Positions 27,396-37,355 of a stretch of DNA of 64,000 nt are shown here, piece after piece. The translations under genes and the position numbers were made by a program. Numbering within the stretch: the first letter of the stretch is position 1; the number at the start of each line of letters is the position of its first letter. Source of the DNA: Microbotryum violaceum (Eukaryota); the NCBI GenBank assembly GCA_001244265.2, contig CDLV01000009.1, forward strand, positions 1,302,001-1,366,000, given 5' to 3'. The notes under the pieces were generated by a model. The model saw nothing but the letters and a program-made list of their open reading frames with translations, was not told where the DNA came from and ran no database searches.

Positions 27396-29904
27396 TCAAT
27401 CTAGCGGAACTTGTATCCAGGGCTCGTCCCTCGGACCATACTGCATGCAAAGTGACGGATAGTCATCCCAAGGGTAGTGCAAAACGAAGCCTGTCAGCAC
27501 AAGTTGCCCATCTTGAGGTACCGAATTGCCCCCCCACCCCTCCCCCCCCCCCCGTGCAGAGGTACCGAATTGCCCCCCCCCCCCCCCCGGTGCATCCCCA
27601 CTTTACAAGAAAGAGCGAACTCACCGGTATGAGTGGCCTGCGATACGTGGCTATCTCTGAAGCTTTGGCTTCGAGTTCAGCATCCGAGTCGCCACGGACT
27701 GCAAAGACTCAAGGAAAGGACTTAGTCAGGGCGTCGACGATGACGAACGCTGGTGTCTGTTCATTGGACTGACTAGGAACCAAGACTCCAAGCTCGTAGC
27801 TTCAATGAAGCAAGTTCGACCGTCAGTGAGGAATCGTCGCCTAAAAATAATGTATGATTACTCTACACCTACTTGTTGCACTTGAGTTGCGGCTCCTTGG
27901 TGTCACTACTGTGCTCGAGCTGACCCCATGCTGATGGACCGCTGGGCAAGGGTTAGGGTGTGGGCATCAGGGCACACCTTCGATCGCTGAAATTGCTCGT
28001 AAACCTACAAGTTGTGCGATCCGACGTAAATATAGCCTTCGTGCTTGTAAGAGGGCGGACAAGGAGCAGCAGAGGCTCCTCGGGGCGGTTTGCGCAGAGC
28101 GACCACTGGTGCGAGAACATGGTGGGTCGGATCAGATGGTCACGATCTGAGGGTCACGATGCCCAGTATAGCCTCGACTGACTTGTTTTGGTGTGAGCAG
28201 CGACTCTATCCCTCTTGCTCTGACCCCTGTGGAAGAGGCTAGCGAAACCCCTGCTAGCGCTCTGCCACATGTCGCGTCGACAAAAAATTGTACCTCCTCC
28301 GGGCTCGCCTAAGTGAGAATTGCGGATCTCGTCCATTGTCGGATACACGATCTTGACCGGCAAATCCGCAGTGTTGGCAGGAAGAGCAGCAGGCCTCTTG
28401 ATATTGGGTCGAAACCAGGCGCGAGGTCTGATACCCGCCGCGGCGCCGTAAAACTGAGCGAGCCAGTTGTCCGAGCATTTACTCATCGAGGACCCCTGGT
28501 ACTCGATCATCCAGCGCGACCCTGGCGACGGACTCGTGATCTCTTGTACCGCTTTTGCAAGCGCGCAAAGACCGCCACCTCCCTGTTCCATCTTGTCGAA
28601 TCCCTTCCACACGCCTTGGGTTGTCGCTATCAAGCGTACTTCGGCGGAAGAGGAAAAGTCGAAGTGTCGGTAAGGGGTCGTGAACTTCTTCGTGAGGCCT
28701 AGGCCTGCAAAACACCAATTGCCACTGTCAGGTGCTGAATCGCTCAGCAAGTGTCGTTTCACCCTGGCCAACATACTCAACATAACTTCCAACAGCCCAC
28801 GAGAGAACGGGGTATGAGTCGGGTTGTGTTCCGGGGACCTTGACGTATTAGGCGTGTCTTGGAGTACCGGGAAATCGTGAACATAAAACGCATTGTCGAT
28901 AATACTCCAATCATGTTCGACACAATTCGCAGTAGGGATGACGATCCGACAAAAAGACTTGTAGTAAAACATCAGCAACTTGGTATGCATCGTTCCCTTC
29001 CAGGGGCCTGGAAGCGATCTCTCCTCCGGCAAGATGAGGAATGTCTGGGGCTTGATCAAGTCGTCGACCTTTTGATAGCGCGCAGGATGATCGTCGGAAT
29101 GTCGTGCTCTGAAGAGCATCACTGGCGTGTCTGCTTTGAAGTGCGAGCAGACCCATTCGAGTTCAAGGCAGTACGACCCCACGATCGCCATCTCGAGCTT
29201 TTGGTCGGCGGCAACCAGTTGCGCAAAGGTGAAGCTTTCGCCAAAGGTGTCGGGCTGCGCAAGTACATTGTGTACGCGACGGATCGCACCTTCCCAAAAT
29301 CGGTTGGACTGCTTCCTAGTTGTCTCGACGGGCGGTATAAAAGTTCGCGAAGTCGATGCTGTAGCATTGGATGGTATATTCGGGACATTATTACGTGGTA
29401 GATCGGAGAAGGTGACAACATTGGGACGCGAGCGCTTCGGTGCAGGCGGCGCGGGAGCCGCGATAGGTGACGGCCCTGCAGCACGAATGCGACCATTTGA
29501 TGCATTATGTTTCTTCTCCCACTCTCTTTGTCGTTCGAGTCGAGCTTTTTCATCCAACTGCCTATCGGTCAAAGGTGGCTTTTGGCTTGCGCTCGCTAAC
29601 GAACCGTCGACGCGCGGGGGTCGCGTATGTCAACCGGAGAAAACTTCAAGTGTCCAGTTTCCCCCGCAGTAAGGGTCTACTCACCGGGTGCAGCTGTGTG
29701 CGGATTCACAACTGTCGTATCTAGCAAGGACAAAGCGATGGCTTGGGCCAGCTGTTGTTGCTCAGTCTCCTCTAGCTCGTCCTGGAGCTCCACATCGTCA
29801 CTTCCTCGAGCAACGTTCACAGCGCTAAGGACTTGTTGGTTGTTGACGCCTTCATCATCACTATCGTCGATGGTGATCTGCTCGATGGGACGTTTCTGCG
29901 CCAT
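27396..29904 (-). CDS. TDP1: Tyrosyl-DNA phosphodiesterase 1 (PLD superfamily) with an N-terminal UIM
   Basis: Two HKN motifs (MHTKLL..RIVIPTAN; AHTKT..YVGSHNF), YQGSS, KIVYPT..IRNS..GGGTIFC, AWGQL, NYELGVL and terminal YGPRDEPW. Confidence 0.9.
27515..27594. repeat. Tandem duplication of GAGGTACCGAATTG-polyC-GTGCA in the last TDP1 intron
   Basis: Two adjacent copies at 27515-27558 and 27559-27594. Confidence 0.9.
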
Positions 29905-30163
29905 GAGCGGTGGAGGGCATGCGCCAAGGCATAGGGCACAGAGCAAGGGCGAGCATCAGATGTCGCGCCTACCTTGACCCGTGACTCGCGCACAAGAGGT
30001 CCGAGCGGCACTGGTCATCCCAAATGCCGACTCGGAGTCACGATCAATCATCCACCGCTTGGAAGTGTACGTTAATTTGGAGTCAGGAAAAAAGAGTAAA
30101 AATTGCAATTCTTTCTGTAAACTTCATCTCGTGCCGACCGAGCGAGTACTACAAAAGTGGGTA

Positions 30164-30283
30164 GTAAGGATTGTCAAGACCAAAACAAACCACAACATGT
30201 GGGACTGACAAAAGCTAAAAATGGTAAGGATTGTCAAAACCAAAACAAACCACAACATGTGGGACTGACAAAAACTAACAATG
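30164..30283. repeat. 60-bp tandem duplication, A/C-rich
   Basis: GTAAGGATTGTCAA(G/A)ACCAAAACAAACCACAACATGTGGGACTGACAAAA.. occurs twice with an exact 60-bp period and about 3 mismatches. Confidence 0.95.
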
Positions 30284-30357
30284 CTGGCAAGGTACGGCAA
30301 ATGATACAAATGCACAGCAAAGAGGCAACTCGGCCAATTCGGACTTCAACAAACGAG

Positions 30358-32371
30358 CTACCTGGCCGAGCAATCCAATCCCCCATCTCCTCCCGCTCGC
30401 GTGGGGACAAAGCAGCCTTGGAAATGAGGACAGGCGCTGTGCGACTCGGGGGTTTGAACCATGTCCGACGGTTTTCTGCCATCATCGCTTTCCCGCTCAT
30501 CAAAGCTATGGCTCGACGATCCACCTATTCGGTGTTCTTCTCGAGCCTGTTGGACAGCGACCTGGACCTCGATCTCCGAAGCGACTGACGTTCGGACACC
30601 GCCGGCGGGATCAGTGTAAACGTGGCGCCGGGACCATCTGAGGTGACAAGACAAAGAGAGCACTCAGTTCAGCTCTGACTTTATTTGAGTCCGGAAGAAC
30701 GCTCACTTCCAAGGCCGCTTCTGGGTATAGTTGGCATCCCACGGCTCGGGATCCTCTGTTCCGGGGATGACAAATCGTAAAGCCTGCGCTCGCTTCTGTA
30801 GACGATCGATCTGCCTCGTCGATTCATCCTTGGCGGTCGCTGAGACGAGTGAGAACGAGTCAGGTATCCGCGGTTCGCGACGCTTGACGCGCGAGTTGCT
30901 GGACAATTTTGCGGCGCGCAGCAGTGCTCGGTCGAAGTTGACCGCTGCAGGAGGGGACGAGGCGCTCACAACAAAGTCGGTGCCATAGACGCTAGAGGTG
31001 TGGCGCGTCAAGAACGATCGGAGCAGTGTGGTGGCCTCTTCCGCGTGTGTCAAATAGAGCATGTTGGGTCCACCTTCGATCTCGTGGAACTCGACTTTGG
31101 CCTGAGTCAACGCTTGTTGCACTTCGTGGGCCTCCTCCATGGAGCTTGTGAGGTCCTTTGTCCCGTGCATGATGAGCACAGGTACTCGCACCGAAGCTGG
31201 ACCAAGAGCAGAGGGTTGAGGTGTGTACTGGTTTCCGCGACAAACCTCAAAAGTGCGAGCCGCCTTGTACTGGTTGTACCTCTGGTAGATGGCAACACGG
31301 GTGTCAGAGGAGGTCATCCAGCTGTTCAGGCTGTGCACCCGGATGAGACGCACCCTCGAGATTACACCCATCGTCTTGTCGACAATCTTGACCATCTCTG
31401 GACCATCGCAGGCAGAAAAGAGGATGTGCTCTGTGGACGGACGGGGGGGGGGGGGATGGAGACGAGCAAGTCAGTACGCTGGCTCCGCCGACTACCGGAA
31501 GCAATCGCCTCCAGACCGTATTTATGGGGCGTGTGTGAAGTAAGACATACCCAGTCCTCCGAGGGCTTCTTCAAATTCTTCAGGATCCAGAGGGCATTGC
31601 CAGCTCTGCTCGAGGTCGAGCGTTTGAGGCAAGCTTTTCGGCAAGGCGTAGAGCCCGGTGACGGCGGCGAAAGAGAGACTCAAGACCTGCGGGCGGTACA
31701 TTCTAAGATATGAGCAAGTAGAATCTCATGACGATAGACGATCCACTGTTACAACTCACAAGTTCGGGAAACAAAATGGCGAGGTTGAGCGCGATCTGGA
31801 AGCACGGCGAGCTCGGGGCATAGACGTGGGACCGCGGCAGCTGCAAAGCCTCCATGACACAGGCGACATCTGCAGCGGCGGTCCACCTGTCATAGGTCGA
31901 CTTGATTGCACCCCTGGATCGTCCATGGGATCTCGGATCGATCGAAACAACATTGAAGCTCGAGCGAATCTGCTCGTCCTGGATCTGCGGGATCGCGCTC
32001 GCCGAGAGGGAGATGATTGGCGAAATCACGACAAGGACGGGCTTGGTAAGGTCGAAACCGTGGGTTGGGCGAGGAGCCGCCGCCGCAACCTGGCTCGAGG
32101 AGGTCGAGCCTGAGGCGATGGGTTGATGGTCTTTGGGAGGTAGTGGTGGTGCTTGATCAGAGTCAGACCCCAGAGAAACGTTCGAGGTTGACTGCGATTG
32201 GCGCTGGTGCTGGTGCTCCACCGCCGTGGGTCTCGAGGTCAAGGCGCTGGGGACGGCGTTCCCGCTCCCGCTTCCCGAGCAGGAGGCAGCGAGCGGCGCT
32301 GCGTCGACAAAGGCAGAAATGAGCTCCACCCAGATTTCAACCTGCTTGCACGGCAGCTGAAAGTAAGGCAT
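30358..32371 (-). CDS. Alpha/beta-hydrolase-fold protein, multi-exon
   Basis: FDLTKPVLVVI, FNVVSIDPRSHGRS, WTAAADVACVMEALQL, VRVPVLIMHGTKD and FHEIEGGPNML. Confidence 0.85.
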
Positions 32372-33169
32372 CGTGGTGGTGAGGCGCGGGCCAGAGTGAG
32401 CACGGGCTCAAACGTTTGGCAGATTCCTTTCTTTCCCGTTTTTCACAGGGCGGTGCAAACGGGATGTAGGGGTAGAAAGTCAACCACAAGTGAGACGAAC
32501 GAGTTTCGGGCGTCGGGTACTCTTGGATGGGAAACTTTGGAGCCAGCGAGTCGAAGGCCCACAGCCAAGCTTTCAGGAACGCTCCGCCAGCCACGAGAGC
32601 GCGCGCAGTGGGGCAGCACGCCTGGAGGCGTGACCGGCGCCGCCAGGCAGCATTTGAAATTGAGCCAGTCACTTTGTAGACTAGCTGGAATTCAGATTCA
32701 GATTCTCATTCGACTCGAATCTCGACCACCTGTGCAGGATGCTGGACAGTAGTGGGCAGGCACTACTGGCCGAGCCTCGAGGACGTTTTACATGACTAAG
32801 ACACATGTACAAAGACCGGAAAGAAAGTCCTCCTGAGTTTCCTGTTGAGGTAGGAGACGGCGATCCTCTAATTAATGCAGGGTATCTGGGAGGATCAAGT
32901 ACTGGTGCGTTTACTTACCTGCGCTTCAATGGATCTGCACTCGACGGGTCAGACTACTGCTATGATGATCTAAGCTCAACTCCCTCCTGGAGGGGCGTCG
33001 AGCTTAATGATGTTCGGAGTGATTGATCTCCGTCGATGGCGTCGACGATGGCGGCACCGACGTCAGATTTTTACTTCAAGTTTCTACGTCAGGGTCGGAT
33101 CCCGAGCCCGCTGATCCGCAGAGCTTCCCTCCTCCGAGTCCACAGTGGTGGCGACCCCCCCCCCCCCCC

Positions 33170-34567
33170 AACCCAATGAGCGAGAGTTGCAACTAGCAAC
33201 AGCATATCAGCCCGAGCAGGGGCGATGACTAGGACCTTGCGAAGGTTCTTGCTGAGCTCGGTACGCTGTTGTTTCTGCTGCCGGGAGGCGAAATCATTCC
33301 AGCTGCTAAAACTGATCATGAGTCGGTCCTGAGAAGCTCCGCTACCTCGGTACCTCCCCTGTTCCCTTACCTTTCGGACAGAACTAACGAGCCTGAAAAT
33401 TGGCAAAAGCTACCTGTAAAGGGATGCCTTACAGAACAGCCCTATAAGTAGCCTCCGAGTAGCTAGAACTGCCGGGTTCTAGTTACGACTTGCTTTTAGC
33501 CTAGCGGTCAACAACGACAGATTGTATTTTATGCACATCAGAGGCGCATACCTTATACTACCTCTCGAACCGAGCATAGGCGACTCGGTGATGCGTACAG
33601 TGATGAAACCGCGATGCAGCTGAGAGGCAGCTCCGAGTCGACGTTCTCAACCCGGCTGCATGCCGCGCCATTCATCGCCGTCTTTCCGCAAATTATGGGG
33701 CGTTGGCGGTGTCCAGGAAGTGCCAACTTCGCCAACTTCAGGCGCGCGCGCGCGCTTGAGGCCCGCTTACGGCCCGATTAGGCATGAAGTTTGGCGAAGT
33801 TAGCAGAGGCGCGGGGGAAGTTGGCAGAAAGGCATTGGCCCACGGGAAGTTAGCAGAAGTCACGTGTCGCCCGCGGCGCGACAATCGCATCGAGCTCTTT
33901 CTCAGCCCTCTACGTGTCTTGATCTATGCCCAACGTCCGCACTTCTTCGGCCCTCGAGCCAACACAACGTATTTTGCCACGTCACCGCAAGACTCGCCAT
34001 CAATTGTTGATCCCATCCGATGCCGTTCAGCAAAGCCGATCGAAATGATTTGGCGTGAACAGCACGTCTGGGCGAGACACTGAAAGCACGCTTTATACAT
34101 TACGTCGACAAAGACACGGAGTTGGGCTGTAATCCAATGCTCATCAACCTACATGAGCCATCGATCGAGCAAGACCGCCTTTAATCTAGCATCACGAGCG
34201 CACCGACGTCAGGCTCCCGAGGTCCGCCGTCCACCGCGTTCCATCGTCGTCAACTGCCTCCAACGTCCCAAAGCTTTCTTGAAGACGATCAGACCGATAA
34301 AGAAGCAAGTAGCAAAACTTGGAATATCCGCTGAGCAATACCTTCAGATAAGCCAAGTTCAGGAGTCGCCGATAAGGATCAGGTCGGAGCGAAACGTTGG
34401 TCGACCATGATCATTGGACTACGCAAGAAGTACAGGTCAATGGTAACAGCTCGAATACTAAGGATCGTCTCGGTGATATCCGTTGCTAAGCTTACATCCA
34501 TCGTCACAACATCTGCCATGAAATAGAGCCGTTCGAGAAGAGGTACCGTGAGTCGTCCCCCGACCAT
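33170..34567 (-). pseudogene. Probable heavily decayed paralog of the 47.7-55.1 kb 7TM family, split by unrelated DNA
   Basis: WLI*RYCSADIPSFATCFFIGLIVFKKALGRW (about 34260-34355) resembles the family TM5, and RKVLVIAPARADMLLLVA (about 33190-33245) resembles the family TM6 entry. Both are in the expected order. Confidence 0.35.
33721..33857. repeat. Inverted repeat (about 20-bp arms) around (GC)7, with further GAAGTT(A/G)GCAGA copies
   Basis: TGCCAACTTCGCCAACTTCA (33721-33740) pairs with TGAAGTTTGGCGAAGTTAGCA (33785-33805). Confidence 0.8.
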
Positions 34568-35956
34568 TAGCCCGTTTCCCCCTGCCGCTCCATCTCATGT
34601 ACTGAAGTCGGCGTTTTTGTGTTCCCCGTTCCCAGAGGAGTGACTAGAAAGAAATCCGTTCATGTTCCGATACCCAGTCCGACTCGTTCAACGCATCTAT
34701 GGTCACTTTGAGCTACTCTTCGCTTCGACTTTAGTTCTACCGAGCCCACCCGGTCCGTATGGTCGAAGATCCGAACGGACGCCGTCTCTCAAGTGAGCAG
34801 AGCACCGGACAAAGTTAGTTACTACTAAAAGAATCGAACACACTTTACAAGCATCAGACGGCAAGAATGTCGGGTCTTGTGCTCCCTCGGCGATTGAGGA
34901 TTTGGAACTGCGGCGGGACGAAATCGTGACTCGATGCAACCACTAAGATCGGAACACAAGGAGGATACAGATTGGCTCCACGACCTGCCATCCAGCGTGC
35001 CATCACTTCGCACTACCAACAGCCTTTGTATGAAGCTCGCAAGAAGAAGGACTGGCGTGAGTTCATGCTCGGCGGACCATATGACAAGATCTTCTGACCT
35101 CGGCTTGATCCTTATCGGCATCAGTATCGATCGGCATCCTTCCCTGCGTTTCTCACATGGGCATCCTCGGTATCTTGATATTTCATCGGCCTTCAATTTA
35201 CGAATTATTCCACTATTCAGGATGTGCTCCAACGGATACCAGCGCAACAAAACGGTCCTCAAGAACGGTGAATCGAGACTCGTTGGTAGCTCGGATTGGC
35301 CTCGCCGAACCCGCGATCTCAATCGACCGGTGCCTTACTTTAAGCATTGGAACTCCAACACGGTGAGATGTTCGCACAGTTTTTGTGGAAACAATTTCTG
35401 GTAAAGCAAAGGATATATCTTGTAATCCACGTGTTCAAAGCTTGTTTGTTTCATTGCTCTTTACACTGCTGTCCGAGCTTTGAAAATGCTTTGAAGTGAG
35501 GCGGCTGCGAGCGGGACTATAAGCATGTTTCTCAAGCTTAGGCATACCATCTTTGCGTGTACTGGGTGTTGGTGTAAAGATACCGAATTCGGGCAGATTA
35601 ACAAGAGAGTACTATATGTACATCATGTGTTCAACTTTCCTTCTTCCCCCTTCTTCCCTTCGTTTCTTTATTTCCTTCCTTTTTCTTTCTCTTTTCTTTT
35701 CTTTTTTCCTTCCCTTCGTTCTCTTTTTTATTTTTTTATTTTTCCGCTTCGCCGGCAACTCCCTGGACATGGGTGGCGGCCCCCAATTATAGCAAATCGG
35801 GAGCAAGCCGCCAAGCCTTACAGCGATGGCCACGGCCAACTTGTGAGATCCGCGCGAAGCGCATGCTCAGTTGGGTTGAGCAAGTCGCAGGCAGCATTTA
35901 AAACTTGCAGGAATAGCAGATGATAGGTTGTCCGGGGTTTGTGCATCAGGCGTAGC

Positions 35957-36860
35957 TGTTGCTACCCCGTTTATCTGTTCAGCTTTCGCGGTAAGAGTTC
36001 CACACTCATTGTTCAAGCGCGCATCCGTGCATTCTAGTCCTGACTCAGCGTCAGCCGATCCTCGCCTCTCAGGAGCGCTCAGCGTATTTTCCTAGCCTCT
36101 CCGGAGCGCTCAGCGTATTTCCTAGTCTCTCCGGAGCGCTCAGCGTCCTAGGTCTCTCCGTGAGTTCCTCAGAGCCATCAGCCTCTCTGCGAGTGCCTCG
36201 CGTCCGCACCGCTTACCCTCTCCTCGGTTCCGCACCGTCGACACGTTCTGGGACCAACTCGCTGCTGCAGCACTGCCACCGTCTGCCAAGGGTCAGTTGG
36301 TCCTCCAACATTGGATCCTCATCCAAGCGATCCGTCGCTCACTCAGCAGTCTCCTTCATCAGGACCTTACAGCAGCCCGCTGCTCTCCAGAAACCGTCGA
36401 CGCACGCACGCCTGCCACGCGCTCGAGGTAAGTGTTCAGAATACGCTCGGCTAGTTGCACGACGTACTCATAGCTCACTTGCCCTGCAGTAGTTCTCTGC
36501 GACCTCTCTGTACGATCTCCACCCTTTCCTGGATCGCCCTAGTTGGGCGCACCAAGCTAACGCATAGCATCCCATAGGCTACCTCCCGCGGACGCTCGTT
36601 CAATTGTGTTGAACGCCTGCGCTACGCCTGCGCTACGCCTCGCAAAGGTATGCTACGCCGTGCCTCAGTCATAGTTGCCCTGTTACTTATCATCCCCGAT
36701 CGCTACGCCTCGCAAAGCGATCTCTCGGTCCTTTAAGCTTCCCGCCCACCTTCCCTATTCACACTTTAATGTCTCTTTCTTACTTTGATACATTCCAATA
36801 GTGACCGAGTTGTTAGTCACGACACGGTCCCTTTCGGTTTCTCGAGGCCCCGCTGCAACA
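35957..36860. mobile_element. Possible solo LTR or other repeat remnant
   Basis: Non-coding, about 900 bp, bounded by TGTTGC...GCAACA. It contains three 26-31-bp tandem units, GCTACGCCT repeats and a GTAAGT..CTGCAG intron-like segment. No matching TSD seen. Confidence 0.3.
36065..36151. repeat. Three tandem units of (C/T)CTCTC(A/C)GGAGCGCTCAGCGT(ATTTT)CCTAG
   Basis: Units at 36065-36095, 36096-36125 and 36126-36151. Confidence 0.9.
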
Positions 36861-37355
36861 TGACATCACCTCTCTCGCTAAAAATCATTGTGCAAGCGGC
36901 TTTGGAGAGTTGAAAGCACCTTTGCCAGCACGGGCTTGCCGCACCGCTAAAGTTGATGGCCCCAGGACATCGATCATGTCAACCGCCTCGAGCTCGGACC
37001 GTCGATTGAGGAATTCAATACGCCCGAGACTCGCTTGAAACACAACAAATCCTAGTTTCGAAAATGAGACGACGTAGCTACCTAGGTGCTCTAAAATGAT
37101 AGGTAGCCTTAGTAGTAGGTAGCTAGGTCCGTCAGATTTAACTTGGCGATCGGATCTGGCGATCTGGCGTCTCAGAGCTCAGTACTAGCGCTCAGTTCTC
37201 AGAGCTCAGAGGGCCAATCGGGAAAGGCCGGCGCCAGTGCTCAAAGCTCGAAGCGACGTGGTCCGTGCGAGTTGACATTTCGCAGCCTCAACGACGACGG
37301 CGCGCGCTCACTCGTAGCTGTTTCGACCGCTATCGCTCCGAGCCCGTACTGCACC

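Noticed and set aside
30157-30588. ORF with a repeated KDCQ.QNKPQHVGLTK peptide (pheromone- or RiPP-precursor-like)
   Set aside because: It is a by-product of the 60-bp DNA duplication: GTG start, no signal peptide, no CAAX or kexin pattern, and antisense to the hydrolase 3' end.
34700-35400. ORFs of 150-165 aa on both strands
   Set aside because: No recognisable motifs and no consistent frame. Probably decayed sequence of undetermined origin.
35636-35745. Pyrimidine/T-rich tract giving a Phe-rich ORF (35525-35923)
   Set aside because: Low-complexity DNA with no support for coding. It may be a decayed retro-tail but this cannot be shown.
36065-36151. CRISPR-like appearance of short repeats (also 55828-55885 and 27515-27594)
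   Set aside because: The units are adjacent with no unique spacers, the context is eukaryotic and there are no cas genes.
37071-37129. 14-bp inverted repeat GACGTAGCTACCTA / TAGGTAGCTAGGTC upstream of NOP4
   Set aside because: It is built from low-complexity TAG/CTA words, with no TSD or second copy to support a MITE.
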